32,000 nt of DNA, taken from assembly GCA_022646745.1 (NCBI GenBank), contig CP060262.1, positions 3,810,001-3,842,000 on the forward strand. Reading direction: 5' to 3'. The translations under genes and the position numbers were made by a program. The notes under the pieces are model-generated. The model searched no databases. It saw only the letters and a list, made by a program, of their open reading frames with translations, and was not told the DNA's origin. Positions 15,851 to 25,352 of this stretch are shown here, in pieces. Within the stretch, counting starts at the first letter, position 1. Each line of letters opens with the position of its first letter. The stretch is from Planctomycetales bacterium. Its GTDB lineage: Bacteria > 4484-113 > JAFGCY01.

Positions 15851-17880
15851 TTTGCCAACCCCCTGATACCGAACAGGCAACCGCCCCACCCGAGCAGCGC
15901 CAGCACTGCTAGTGCCAACGATCCCCTGGGGCGGGCCCTGTCTCCAGGTTCCAGTTGCAGCCTGACGCCACTCACGGGATGGGTCCAAGGCTCGGGATCC
16001 AGTACCTCGCTGTGAGGGAGAACCGGGAAACTCCGTTCAGCGAGAACCAGAGCGTCTGCAGCCGCACTTGACAGATAGAGTTTCAGGAGGGGATGGTTTC
16101 CGGTGAGATGCTCGAAGGCATCCTGCAGCTTATGCGGCACATCACCAAGGCCATCCCCATCGAGGTCGTAACCTTCGTAGTCTGAATAGTAATTGCCTCC
16201 GCCTTCAGCTCCCCAGTCCATGGTGGAGCGGCCGATCGTGCGAAGGGTGGCGATGTTCTGGATGAAGTCATTGTGTTCGAAAGTCGTATTCAGTGAACTG
16301 CCGAAGACTACAGCTCCAACATCATTGTAGGCAACAAGGTTATTGCGCAACAGGGTGTTTTCTGCCTGCTCCAGGAAGAATCCGCAGGTGTTGTTGACAA
16401 TCACGTTACGCTCTGCCGTGCAGTCGTAGCAGCTCTGGAAGAGCAGCCCGAATGCATTGTGCCCGAGCCTGTTGTTCAGGATCAGGTTCTCACTGAAGCT
16501 GACATTGTTCGTGTACATGATTGCCGCACCGGCCACGCTGTCGCGGAAGACGTTGCGGTAGAACTCGTTGGCTTCGCAGTACATGTAATGCACTCCGTAG
16601 CGCAGTTCGGCGAAGCGGTTGTCCTCCACGACGTTGTAGTTGGAGTGGTCAAAGTAGACACCGTCGCGCACTGTCTTGACATCGTTGTCCCGTATCACGC
16701 AGTTATGGCTGTCGTACAGATGCAAGCCTGCTCCGCGGCTGCCGATGCCGACATCCGCACGGCCGCGGATCACGTTCCCCTCGACGGTGGCCCTTTCAGC
16801 GAGACGGAACATCACCCCGAAGAGGTTGTCACTGAGCCTGCAGTCCTTCACCTGTGCGTCATTCGCCGTAATGTGGATTCCCGCGTCACTGTGCATCATG
16901 TCCTTGCCGGAGCCTGAGATGTCCAGGCCGGCCAGGCTGACACCGTCCGCGGCAATCGTGACTACACTTCCCTGCCGCTCGCCGATGATCCGCGGGAATT
17001 CCACCCCCCGGATGCTGAGCTGCTTGTCAATGACGAGGTTTCCCGGGTATTCACCGGGCAGAATGACTATCTGGTCACCGGGACCTGCTGCGGTGATGGC
17101 CGCCGCGGGTGTGGTGAATTGTCCGCCGGGACCCACTCGCAGCTCAGCTGCATCCGCGGTGGAAGGCAGCAATGGGGCGGCAAGCAGGATGAATACTGCC
17201 AGTCCTGCTCCGTTCCCGGCCGAAAGTTCCGATCGCTGCCGGCGCCAGTCTCTCCAGGCCTGCCAGAGGGCGATGAAGGTGGCGAGTGCCAGGATGCCCC
17301 CGAAGATCATCAGGGCATAGCTGGCCTCCCCCGGGAAACTCTCAACCCAGAAGTTGGCAACCTTCACCCTGCCGTAGAGCGGCGGAGTGAAGGGCTCGAC
17401 CTTGATGGGCGCCTCCGGGTCCAGGATGTGGCCGTAGTTGTAGAGCTTGTTGTAGAAGTCCCAGAAGCTGAACAGTGCGAAGTACACGAACAGCATGAAG
17501 ACGTCAACGATGTCCCGCAGCCTGCCGAGGAAGATCAGCCGCAGGCACAGCAGTCCGAATATCCCGATCGCGAAGGGCAGCCAGAGGAACTCGGCGAAGT
17601 CACTCTCCAGCAGCGGCTTCATGCCGATGTAGTGGTTCAGTGAGTTGATCTCGCGCAGGTCGTCACGATCCGCAGTCTTCTGACCCTCGAGATGGTCGAC
17701 ATGGATTGCCATCTTCAGCGGATCGGGGTACTGGTTGCTGGTGAAGCTCATGGTCCACAGCGGTCCCCCGATCCACACGAAGGGCAGTGCCGCCAGGGAG
17801 ATGAGCAGCAGCAGCCGGACCAGCCAGCCAAGTGGCCGTCCGAAGAAATCATAGTAAGCTTCCATCCTGTGCTGCATCAT
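15847..17880 (-). CDS. nosD: NosB-like four-TM membrane domain fused in frame to NosD (periplasmic parallel beta-helix Cu-processing protein)
   Basis: The N-terminal ~225 aa carry four hydrophobic helices (LVRLLLLISLAALPFVWIGG; FLWLPFAIGIFGLLCLRLIFLG; VFMLFVYFALFSFWDF; YALMIFGGILALATFIALWQAW), sitting directly after nosZ where clade II clusters carry nosB. A signal-peptide-like stretch follows (GLAVFILLAAPLLPSTADA), then NosD beta-helix repeats (GVSLAGLDISGSG..., NVIRGRADVGIGSRGAGLHLYDSHNCVIRDNDV...). I found no stop and no ATG/GTG between the two parts. GGGAG lies 5 nt upstream of the ATG at 17880. Confidence 0.8.
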   Translation of the reverse strand: MMQHRMEAYYDFFGRPLGWLVRLLLLISLAALPFVWIGGPLWTMSFTSNQYPDPLKMAIHVDHLEGQKTADRDDLREINSLNHYIGMKPLLESDFAEFLWLPFAIGIFGLLCLRLIFLGRLRDIVDVFMLFVYFALFSFWDFYNKLYNYGHILDPEAPIKVEPFTPPLYGRVKVANFWVESFPGEASYALMIFGGILALATFIALWQAWRDWRRQRSELSAGNGAGLAVFILLAAPLLPSTADAAELRVGPGGQFTTPAAAITAAGPGDQIVILPGEYPGNLVIDKQLSIRGVEFPRIIGERQGSVVTIAADGVSLAGLDISGSGKDMMHSDAGIHITANDAQVKDCRLSDNLFGVMFRLAERATVEGNVIRGRADVGIGSRGAGLHLYDSHNCVIRDNDVKTVRDGVYFDHSNYNVVEDNRFAELRYGVHYMYCEANEFYRNVFRDSVAGAAIMYTNNVSFSENLILNNRLGHNAFGLLFQSCYDCTAERNVIVNNTCGFFLEQAENTLLRNNLVAYNDVGAVVFGSSLNTTFEHNDFIQNIATLRTIGRSTMDWGAEGGGNYYSDYEGYDLDGDGLGDVPHKLQDAFEHLTGNHPLLKLYLSSAAADALVLAERSFPVLPHSEVLDPEPWTHPVSGVRLQLEPGDRARPRGSLALAVLALLGWGGCLFGIRGLAK

Positions 17881-17908
17881 CTGCTCCCTGGTGCTGATAG
17901 TCCTCTGA

Positions 17909-19792
17909 TTACTTGACGAGCAGGTAACCCTGCATCTCCTGGTGCAGTGCGCTGCAGAAGTTCGTGCAGTAGTAGGCGAACACGCCCGGCTTGTCCGCCA
18001 CGAAGGTCACGCTCTTGGTCTCGCCCGGGTCGATCACGAGGTTGATGTTGTAGCCGCCGATGCCGAGACCGTGCAGCTCATCCGTCGTCTGTTCGATGTT
18101 CGTCACGTGGATAGTCACCGTGCTGCCGCGCGGCACCTCAATGTCCGTCGGAGTGAGGGTGGATCGCGTGGCCACCATCCTGATCTCGACGTTGTTGCCA
18201 TTCACCGTCATGCCCGCATCCGCGATGTCCCAGATGGCATGGGGATTGGTGTTCTCCTCCATCGGGTAGACCTCGATCGGATTGAGCAGGTCAGCAGGAC
18301 AGGCCTGGGCGTAGTGCGGCTCAGGCTCCGTGTATGACTCGTAGAGCATCTTCATCTTCGAGCCCGTGATGTCAATCAGCTGGCTGCTTTCCGGCTGGCT
18401 CGGCCCGACGTTGAGGTGCCGGCCGTGGGACAGCTTGTTCATGGCGATCACGTACTTGCCGTATGGCTTGGCGGAATCACCGCCGGGTACCATCAGATGG
18501 CCGATGTTGTAGGCGCAGGGAATGGTGTCCAGCACCTCACCGGTGTTGGGATCCCACTTGGCGATGGCGCTGTCAATATACAGACTCGTATAGGCCATGC
18601 CCTTGTCGTCATACTGCGTATGCAGCGGGCCGTTGCCGACCTGGCATTCACGCAGGGCGATGCTGTCGTAGTTGAGCACGGGAATGCCGTCCTCGTCCCC
18701 GGTGTAGTCCTTGGCCTGGATCGCATCGAGCATCTGCTGGAAGCTGTAGACAGTGGTGACGGCCTCGAGCTTGCCGCTGCCGACGAACATCGTGCCGTCG
18801 GGGGTCACGTCAACGCCATGGGGGCTCTTGGGAATCGGGATCAGGTAGACGATGTCCTTGTCAACGGCGGGATCGATGATCCGCACGCCGTCCATCATCA
18901 TGCCCTTGCCGGCATTGACAGCGGCCTCGGCCAGCTTCCAGTTGACGGCGATGACGTAGTCGCGGTCATTGGCGGATGCCGTCTTCTCGAGCTCACCCGT
19001 GGCGCGCTCGGAGTTGTAGCAGGTGAAGAACACCCAGTCCGCGGACGGGCCGCGACCGGTGGAACCGAGGTCCCAGTTGAAGGGCGGGGTCATGATCTGG
19101 AATCCGTGGCTCATCTCACCCGTGTCCGGGTCGACCTTGAGCGCGCCGACAAGCCCCTTCCATTCGGAGGCATAGTTCTCAATCGAGGAATAGCTGCCCT
19201 TGGGAATAGGGATCGAGAAGCGGCTGGCATAGGTCAGGTACTCGGTGTTGGAGGTGCAAAACGAGCCGCCGTGCAGACCGGAGCAGTTGGGAATGGGGCC
19301 GATGATCTGCTTGGTCTTGAAGTCGCGCAGGTCAATGCGGGCATAGCGGCTGTTAGCGTTGTCGTTGACGAAGAGCCAGCGGCCGTCATACTCCGCGTTC
19401 TTGCGGGATAGCGTGGGGTGATGCACATCGCCCCAGGTGAAGTCACCGAGCATCTCCCGGGTTTCATTGTCAAAGCCGTAGCCGGTGGCAGGATAGGGCG
19501 CGAAGACAGGAATCGTGGAGATGTGCCGCATTGATGGAATGCCGGCCACATAGACCTGGCCGCTGTGCCCCCCGCTGTAGAACAGGTACATGTCATCCAG
19601 GTCTCCTGGAGCGACATATGTACTGGTTGCCGCATCGGCCTGCGAACCTGTGGCTCCGCGCTCGGAACCCCTCGCCCGGCTGTCCTCTTCTCCGCCGCCG
19701 CCTCCGCAGCCCCAGAGGGTGTATGCCGTTGCCACAATGGCAAGGATGAGCCAGAACAAGCTTTTCGAAGCTTGAGACTTGATGGATTGCAT
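17909..19792 (-). CDS. nosZ: nitrous-oxide reductase NosZ, clade II (Sec-dependent, lipoprotein-type signal)
   Basis: C-terminal CuA site YYCTNFCSALHQEMQGYLLVK. His-rich propeller body (DVHHP, LHGG, SPHGVDV, GHL). The N-terminus MQSIKSQASKSLFWLILAIVATAYTLWGC has no twin-arginine motif and ends in a lipobox. GAGGAGG lies 7 nt upstream of the ATG at 19792. Confidence 0.93.
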   Translation of the reverse strand: MQSIKSQASKSLFWLILAIVATAYTLWGCGGGGGEEDSRARGSERGATGSQADAATSTYVAPGDLDDMYLFYSGGHSGQVYVAGIPSMRHISTIPVFAPYPATGYGFDNETREMLGDFTWGDVHHPTLSRKNAEYDGRWLFVNDNANSRYARIDLRDFKTKQIIGPIPNCSGLHGGSFCTSNTEYLTYASRFSIPIPKGSYSSIENYASEWKGLVGALKVDPDTGEMSHGFQIMTPPFNWDLGSTGRGPSADWVFFTCYNSERATGELEKTASANDRDYVIAVNWKLAEAAVNAGKGMMMDGVRIIDPAVDKDIVYLIPIPKSPHGVDVTPDGTMFVGSGKLEAVTTVYSFQQMLDAIQAKDYTGDEDGIPVLNYDSIALRECQVGNGPLHTQYDDKGMAYTSLYIDSAIAKWDPNTGEVLDTIPCAYNIGHLMVPGGDSAKPYGKYVIAMNKLSHGRHLNVGPSQPESSQLIDITGSKMKMLYESYTEPEPHYAQACPADLLNPIEVYPMEENTNPHAIWDIADAGMTVNGNNVEIRMVATRSTLTPTDIEVPRGSTVTIHVTNIEQTTDELHGLGIGGYNINLVIDPGETKSVTFVADKPGVFAYYCTNFCSALHQEMQGYLLVK

Positions 19793-19802
19793 TGCTACCT
19801 CC

Positions 19803-21053
19803 TCAGTTTTCCTGCGTCTTGGACGCATTCCCGCCGTCTCCGGCCGGGACCGTACCGGCATCAGCGGCCGCATCGGTTCCGGCGTCCGCTTTCTGCTGTG
19901 TGTGCTTTTCGTAGGCAAGATGCATCAGTCTTGCCGCCTCCGCCTTTTCCTCGTCCGTGAGGATGATCTGCTTGGACAGAACGACTGACATCGTGCCACT
20001 GGGATTGGCAAGGAAGTCCTCCACGGTCCGGCCGAATCGGCGCGGTACATCCTCCGCGGCCAGAGCCAGGTCCGGACCGATCTTGGTGGCGGAGAAGATC
20101 CCGAGGCTGGAAACATCGTGGCAGATGAAGCATGTCTTTTCCACGAAGAAGCGTCCTTCGCCTTCGAGCATCACGCGCTCACGCTCAGCCTCCTCCGGCG
20201 TGGGTTCGTCAGACAGTCCCTTGATCGGGAGCAGTTCCAGCGGAATGTCATGCTGGCGCCAGCTGAGCATGAGCATCGTCACGGCCTGCGCCTCATCCGT
20301 CTTCAGACCGAAGTTGGGCATGATCGTGTCGCCCGTAAAGGCCTTGGGATCCTGCAGGTGCCCTACCTGCCAGTTGAAGACTGAGGGGAAATTCGTCAGT
20401 CTCTCAAAGTCGTACTGCTCCGGATGCTTGTCACCGATGTTTGTCAGGTCAGGCCCGATCGTTCCCCCTCGTGCATTGATCGTATGACAGGCCCTACAGC
20501 CCTTGTCGTTGACAATCTGCTTCGCGAGGTTGAGCCTGTCCATTCCGGGAACATCCCGTTCGTAGCGGTGGCAGGCATTGCACTTCATCTCAATGAAGGC
20601 GAAGGGATCGCTGATCTTGTAGTCATCAGCCAGCTGGCTGTCCAGCAGCGGGTCTTCCCAGTGCTTGATCCAGCCGTGGGCATCCTTGAGTCCGGTGGCA
20701 TTTCCCTGTCCTCCGTGGCACAGGGTGCATCCGAATTCGTCGATCGGATGATTGGCAAGTGGCTCCGGAGGATGACTGCGGAACGGTTCAGGCGCATCCT
20801 CCAGCCCGGCCCAGCTGACACCGAGATGGCAACTGATGCATCTGTCCACCCGGCCGGCGGGTTCCACCCAGATCTGCTGTATGCCGCGGGGAACGGCCGC
20901 GGCCTTTTCCGGTCCCAGCTTGTCCTCGACCAGGCGGCGGAACCGGGCCTGGTATGCGAGGTAGCCCGGCGCGGAATTGCGCTGGGCGGCCCAGGCGAGT
21001 GCCAGCAGGGACAGGACCCCGATGATCAGCATGATGTTTCGGTCGCGGTTCAA
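19803..21053 (-). CDS. pentahaem c-type cytochrome, membrane-anchored
   Basis: Five CXXCH motifs: CISCH, CTLCH, CNACH, CRACH, CFICH. N-terminal anchor IMLIIGVLSLLALAWAA. The start at 21053 is TTG with GGAGGAGG 7 nt upstream; an ATG 7 codons downstream is an alternative. Confidence 0.85.
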   Translation of the reverse strand: MNRDRNIMLIIGVLSLLALAWAAQRNSAPGYLAYQARFRRLVEDKLGPEKAAAVPRGIQQIWVEPAGRVDRCISCHLGVSWAGLEDAPEPFRSHPPEPLANHPIDEFGCTLCHGGQGNATGLKDAHGWIKHWEDPLLDSQLADDYKISDPFAFIEMKCNACHRYERDVPGMDRLNLAKQIVNDKGCRACHTINARGGTIGPDLTNIGDKHPEQYDFERLTNFPSVFNWQVGHLQDPKAFTGDTIMPNFGLKTDEAQAVTMLMLSWRQHDIPLELLPIKGLSDEPTPEEAERERVMLEGEGRFFVEKTCFICHDVSSLGIFSATKIGPDLALAAEDVPRRFGRTVEDFLANPSGTMSVVLSKQIILTDEEKAEAARLMHLAYEKHTQQKADAGTDAAADAGTVPAGDGGNASKTQEN

Positions 21054-21067
21054 GGTTGCGCCTCCTC

Positions 21068-22432
21068 CTACAGTTGCGGTGGGAAGTCAGGCCAGGACTC
21101 CCACGGCCAGATGACGGTCCAGTAGGGACCACGCAGGTATGTGCCGAGATATGTCAGCGCGATCACGGCGATGCAGACGACGATGAACACCGTATTCTGC
21201 AGCCTGCGTTCCCGGCTGAACCAGACGCCGACACTGGAGCGGGAGGATCTGTCCAGGAACGGCGTGAGGAATCCCCACAGCAACATTGCTCCCGGGATGA
21301 GGACCCCGCCCAGGAAACCGCCGTTGACAGTAAAGCCGCCGATGCGGACCGTCGTGATGGCAACAAGCTCCTGGAGCCACAAGAAATACCAGGGGGCCTT
21401 GGCAGGATTAGGCGTGACCATCGGGTTGGCAGGCTCTTCCAGCGGCGATCCGAGCCAGACCGCCAGAGCGCTGGTCAGTGCGAAGGTGAGCAGGCAGGCA
21501 ATGCTGATCCTCCTGATCAGCCCGGGGACTGCGCGGATCTTGTACCTGTCCTCATCCACGAGACTCGCTTCCACCGTCGCGCTCCGGCCGGCGGTCACTC
21601 CGAGCAGGGAATACGTCTTGCTGGGCTCAGGACGGGCCGGTGCAGCACGTTCCGCCAGGGCCAGCCTGTCATCACAGGCCATGCCATCCTTGCGGATGCG
21701 CCACATGTGCCAGAGGAACAGACCGGTGACGATCAGCGGCAGGAACACGCAGTGCAGCACATAGAAACGGATCAGCGTGTTCTGGTTGATCTCGTTGCCG
21801 CCCAGCAGGAAGAAGCGGATGTCGTTGCCAACAACCGGCACCGCCTGCGCGATGTTCGTGCCAACGGTGATTGCCCAGTAGGCCAGCTGGTCCCAGGGCA
21901 GCAGGTATCCGGTAAAGCTGAGGAAGAGTGTCAAGACCAGCAGCACCAGGCCGATCCACCAGTTCAGTGGCCGGAACTGCCTGGCCAGCCCGCCGTTGCG
22001 GTAGGCACCCGTCAGGAATACCCGCACCATGTGAAGGAAGACCATGGCCACCATCAGGTGTGCGGCGATGCGGTGGCTGGCTCTGAGGAAACTGCCGAAG
22101 CTGACCGCATACTCAATGTCCTTGATAGAGGCGTAAGCCCGCTCCACAGACGGGATATAGTGGAACATCAGAATCACGCCGGTGAATACAAGGTAGAAGA
22201 ACAGGAATGCGGTGATCGTGCCCAGCCAGTAGCTGTAGCGGATGCTGATCGACTCAAGCGACACGCGGTTGGGGAACCAGTGCAGCATGAAGTTGGTGAC
22301 GATGGCATCTCCAGCTTCCTTCTGGCTGCGTGGCGACCAGCTCCAGTTCCAGTCCTCCAGTCTGAAGCCTCCGCCCCTGTCCTGCTTGCCAGTTTTCCTG
22401 CCTGTGGCAGGGACTGTCTTGCTCTGTTTCAC
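21068..22432 (-). CDS. cytochrome b, b6-type with fused subunit-IV-like C-terminal domain
   Basis: Helix B: [19 protein letters not shown] (His-X13-His). Helix D: [25 protein letters not shown] (His-X14-His, the b6-type spacing). The C-terminal part carries a PEWY-equivalent, [13 protein letters not shown] start at 22432, 2 nt after the Rieske stop. Confidence 0.85.
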   Translation of the reverse strand: MKQSKTVPATGRKTGKQDRGGGFRLEDWNWSWSPRSQKEAGDAIVTNFMLHWFPNRVSLESISIRYSYWLGTITAFLFFYLVFTGVILMFHYIPSVERAYASIKDIEYAVSFGSFLRASHRIAAHLMVAMVFLHMVRVFLTGAYRNGGLARQFRPLNWWIGLVLLVLTLFLSFTGYLLPWDQLAYWAITVGTNIAQAVPVVGNDIRFFLLGGNEINQNTLIRFYVLHCVFLPLIVTGLFLWHMWRIRKDGMACDDRLALAERAAPARPEPSKTYSLLGVTAGRSATVEASLVDEDRYKIRAVPGLIRRISIACLLTFALTSALAVWLGSPLEEPANPMVTPNPAKAPWYFLWLQELVAITTVRIGGFTVNGGFLGGVLIPGAMLLWGFLTPFLDRSSRSSVGVWFSRERRLQNTVFIVVCIAVIALTYLGTYLRGPYWTVIWPWESWPDFPPQL

Positions 22433-22434
22433 TT

Positions 22435-22977
22435 TCAGCTCCTGACCGTCAGCCGCCAGAGTTTGTCAGCGGGCCTGGACTTGTCAACTATCAGCTGGCC
22501 GTCATCTGCGGCGATTTCAAGCATGTAGTAATCAAGCGGACGCGGAGCCGGACCGGCGAAATTCGTGCCGTCCGCCCGGAACATGCTGCCGTGGCAGGGG
22601 CAGTGGAATTCGAAGCCTCCATCAGCCTCAGGAATCTTTGCCAGTTGGACCGTACAGCCGAGATGGCTGCAGACTGCCCCGATGCAGTGCATCGTTTCCC
22701 CTTCGCGAAAGACGAACAGCCTGTGTTCCGAAATGAACACCCCGCCTTCGGTGAATCGTTCCAGCGGTCCGACCTTGAAGCGCTGCGGCGGCTCGTACAA
22801 CACATTGGGAATCACCGAGCGAAAGCTCATCGCAGCAGGAATGGCGCAGGCCAGCCCGAGTGCTGCAAGCCCCATGCTGCCTACGAATCCCCGGCGCGAG
22901 ATGCCGCCCTCCGGGGTCAGGTCGTACTTGCCGTCCCCGGCCTCCGCAGCGGGATTTTCCTGTTCAGAACTGCTCAT
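22435..22977 (-). CDS. Rieske [2Fe-2S] protein with twin-arginine signal
   Basis: Tat motif [18 protein letters not shown]. Cluster boxes CSHLGC and CPCHGS. Confidence 0.9.
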   Translation of the reverse strand: MSSSEQENPAAEAGDGKYDLTPEGGISRRGFVGSMGLAALGLACAIPAAMSFRSVIPNVLYEPPQRFKVGPLERFTEGGVFISEHRLFVFREGETMHCIGAVCSHLGCTVQLAKIPEADGGFEFHCPCHGSMFRADGTNFAGPAPRPLDYYMLEIAADDGQLIVDKSRPADKLWRLTVRS

Positions 22978-24865
22978 AGTAGAGAACCTCCATCGTCATG
23001 GCGTCAGTCGGGCAGCGGATGGCACACAGTCCGCAGCGGATGCACAGCTCGTCATCCTTGATCATCACGGACATCGGTCCGTTGCCATCCAGACCCGCCA
23101 GTTGCAGTACCTTTTGTTCATCATCCGTCGCCAGCTGGACCTCTTCATACGGCACGAGCTTCAGGCAGGCTGTCGGGCAGACATCGACGCAGCGGTTGCA
23201 CAGAACGCATTTCTGTGGATCGTAGATTGTCTGGATGTGGCAGGCGAGACAGCGGCTGGCCTGTTCCATCGCCTGCGCCTCGCCGTAGGTTTCCTCAACT
23301 TCGCTGATGCCGGTCCGCCTTCCCAGATCCGTTGTCGGCGGGGCGGCCCGCGGCTTCATCTCATATTCGTCCTCACGCTCGAAGCGCGAGGTCTGGATCT
23401 TCTCGAAGCGCAGCCGGAAGCCGAACTCCCGCCGGCCGCCGCGCAGCTTCCGGTCGATGGAGGCCGCGGCCCGCTTGCCGTCCGCCACTCCGTCAATCAG
23501 GTTGCGCGGACCATATGCCACATCCCCGCCCGCGAAGACATCGGCTGCGGAGGTGGCATTCGTCTCCGGATCCACCCTGATGATGCCGCCGGGGTTAAGC
23601 GTGATGCCGTCGTCCGGCCTGATGAAGTCCAGCTCGGCCTGCTGGCCGATTGCCAGAATCACCAGGTCGGCGTCCAGCTCCTCCCGCAGATTCTCATTGA
23701 ACACCGGGGAGAAGCGGCCTTCGTCATCATATGTACGCTCCACGCCGATGAGCTGCACCTTTTCCACATGCCCAGTGCCACTCATGCTGGCAACACCGCG
23801 CTGGTGCAGAATGCGGATACCTTCACGGATCGTATCCTCGAACTCCTCGCGTCCCTGTTCCGTGCGGGTGACCGGCATTTCCCTGAAGCTTTCCAGGCAG
23901 GCCAGCGTCACCTCAGCTCCACGCCGGGCGGCGATGCGGGCCGCGTCCAGCGCGGACTGGAAGCTGGAGCCATGTGTTTTCAGCTCAGGTTCGGCACTCA
24001 TGGCCCGCAGCGCCATGCGCGCGGCGTCAAATGCCACCAGTCCGCCCCCCAGCACCAGCACCTTGCTGGCCTTCGGTACACGATAGCCATTGTTGATGTT
24101 GATCAGGTAGTCAATCGCCCGCACCACGCCGTCCAGCTCACTGCCCGGGCAGTTCAGTCCGCGGCCCTTCTGCAGGCCGATGCCGAGGAAGATCGCCTCG
24201 AAGCCCTGCGCCCGCAGCTCGCGAATGCCGAACGCACTGTTCAGCGGGGTGTTGTAGCGGAACTCGACTCCCAGACTGGTTATGAACTCGATTTCACGGT
24301 CCAGCAGGCTGCGGCTCAGACGGAACTCCGGGATGCCGTGGTAGGCCATGCCTCCACCACGCTGCGTCGCCTCGAACACCGTCACGTCGTAGCCGAGAAT
24401 CGCCAGGTCATGCGCACAGGCCAGTCCTGCCGGCCCGGCACCAACTACCGCCACCCGCCGGCCCTTGCCCAGTCCCTTAAGTCCGGGTTCACTGCTCAGA
24501 TGCCATAGCCACTTGTTGCCGGGTTCCGCCGCACCCTCGACAAGGCCGCGCACAGTATCTGGTGAGCTTGATTCGACGCCGTACCTGTCCATCACCACGC
24601 GCTTCAGCGCACGGATGGATACCGGTGCATCGAACAGTCCTCGGCGGCATTTGTCCTCGCAGGGTGCAGCGCAGACCCGTCCGCAGATTGACGCCAGCGG
24701 GTTGGGTGAGCGGGCTGTCAGGAAGGCTTCCTCGAAGCGCCCTTCCTGAATCAGCTGCACATACCGGCCACTGTCCGTCAGGACCGGGCAGGCCATCTGG
24801 CAGGGGATGCGGCTTGTCCAGTAGTTGACATCCGGCAGGCTGACCTTGTAGACAGGCTTGCTCAT
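22964..24865 (-). CDS. GltD-like NAD(P)H-dependent FAD oxidoreductase with C-terminal 2x[4Fe-4S] ferredoxin domain
   Basis: N-terminal Fe-S region CQMACPV...NPLASICGRVCAAPCEDKCRRG. Dinucleotide folds VAVVGAGPAGLACAHDLAILGYDVTVFE and VLVLGGGLVAFDAARMA. C-terminal CVLCNRCVDVCP and CIRCGLCAIRCP. No signal peptide. It overlaps Rrf2 by ATGA and the Rieske gene by 14 nt. Confidence 0.85.
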   Translation of the reverse strand: MSKPVYKVSLPDVNYWTSRIPCQMACPVLTDSGRYVQLIQEGRFEEAFLTARSPNPLASICGRVCAAPCEDKCRRGLFDAPVSIRALKRVVMDRYGVESSSPDTVRGLVEGAAEPGNKWLWHLSSEPGLKGLGKGRRVAVVGAGPAGLACAHDLAILGYDVTVFEATQRGGGMAYHGIPEFRLSRSLLDREIEFITSLGVEFRYNTPLNSAFGIRELRAQGFEAIFLGIGLQKGRGLNCPGSELDGVVRAIDYLININNGYRVPKASKVLVLGGGLVAFDAARMALRAMSAEPELKTHGSSFQSALDAARIAARRGAEVTLACLESFREMPVTRTEQGREEFEDTIREGIRILHQRGVASMSGTGHVEKVQLIGVERTYDDEGRFSPVFNENLREELDADLVILAIGQQAELDFIRPDDGITLNPGGIIRVDPETNATSAADVFAGGDVAYGPRNLIDGVADGKRAAASIDRKLRGGRREFGFRLRFEKIQTSRFEREDEYEMKPRAAPPTTDLGRRTGISEVEETYGEAQAMEQASRCLACHIQTIYDPQKCVLCNRCVDVCPTACLKLVPYEEVQLATDDEQKVLQLAGLDGNGPMSVMIKDDELCIRCGLCAIRCPTDAMTMEVLYYEQF

Positions 24866-25338
24866 GTGGCACTTCCGTTATCAGGGGAGTCGTGCGGCTC
24901 AGTGCTCTGTACCCGGACCAGCCGCCCCAGTCCCTTGATTTCCAGCTCCGAAAGACGGATGTACTGGAGATAGTCCCGCACCTGTCGGTTCACGATGCTC
25001 ACGAGCTGGCCGAAGACGCAGCTTTTGCCATCACAGACGGCCGGGGTCTGGGTGCAGCAGACATCCCCGACCGGTCCATCGATGGCTTCGAACACATCGA
25101 GCATGATGATTTCCCGTGAAGGGCGGGCCAGCACGAATCCGCCCGCCGGTCCTCTGGTGCTCGCCACGAATCCGGCACGGGCCAGGCGCTGGAGTACCTT
25201 CGACTGGTGGGCTTCCGAGCGATGCAGTTTCCCGGCGATGGCGCGCGCTGTCATCGGCTCACCTCCAGCGCAGGCCAGCACCACCATGGTGTGCAGGGCC
25301 ATTGCTGCAGCCTCGGAAATGTTGAGCGCTCTTGCCAT
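24862..25338 (-). CDS. Rrf2-family transcriptional regulator (NsrR/IscR-like, Cys-containing)
   Basis: ISEAAAMALHTMVVLACAGGEPMTARAIAGKLHRSEAHQSKVLQRLARAGFVASTRGPAGGFVLARP is a typical Rrf2 winged helix. Cys cluster GDVCCTQTPAVCDGKSC. ATG at 25338 with GGAG upstream. Confidence 0.85.
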   Translation of the reverse strand: MARALNISEAAAMALHTMVVLACAGGEPMTARAIAGKLHRSEAHQSKVLQRLARAGFVASTRGPAGGFVLARPSREIIMLDVFEAIDGPVGDVCCTQTPAVCDGKSCVFGQLVSIVNRQVRDYLQYIRLSELEIKGLGRLVRVQSTEPHDSPDNGSAT

Positions 25339-25352
25339 CTCAGCTCCATACT

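Noticed and set aside
13574-17643. Series of plus-strand ORFs (13574-14272, 14768-15289, 15147-15611, 15548-16015, 16459-16917, 16676-17320, 17119-17643)
   Set aside because: All are antisense to nosY/L/F/D, have compositionally biased translations without motifs, and break the tight operon logic.
18416-19411. 331-aa plus-strand ORF, with smaller ones at 17942-18337 and 19565-19960
   Set aside because: They are antisense to nosZ and are high-GC shadow frames.
19793-19918. N-terminal extensions of nosZ (to 19918), and likewise of nosF (to 15988), nosY (to 14539), ric (to 13749) and rrf2 (to 25449), as listed in the ORF track
   Set aside because: The extensions overlap the upstream gene or lack an SD. 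Internal ATGs sit in ATGA overlaps or behind good SD sequences, and they give N-termini typical for each family (signal peptide, Walker A spacing, wHTH).
21056-22528. 490-aa plus-strand ORF
   Set aside because: It is antisense to cytochrome b. The product is low-complexity, Arg/Asp/Gln/Pro-rich and has no start context. The minus-strand product has textbook haem-ligand spacing.
22565-24508. 647-aa plus-strand ORF, the largest unexplained ORF in the track
   Set aside because: It is fully antisense to the GltD-like gene in a G+C-rich region. The translation is Arg/Ala/Gly/Pro-rich with no motifs, a typical high-GC shadow ORF, whereas the minus-strand product has clear FAD/NAD and Fe-S motifs.
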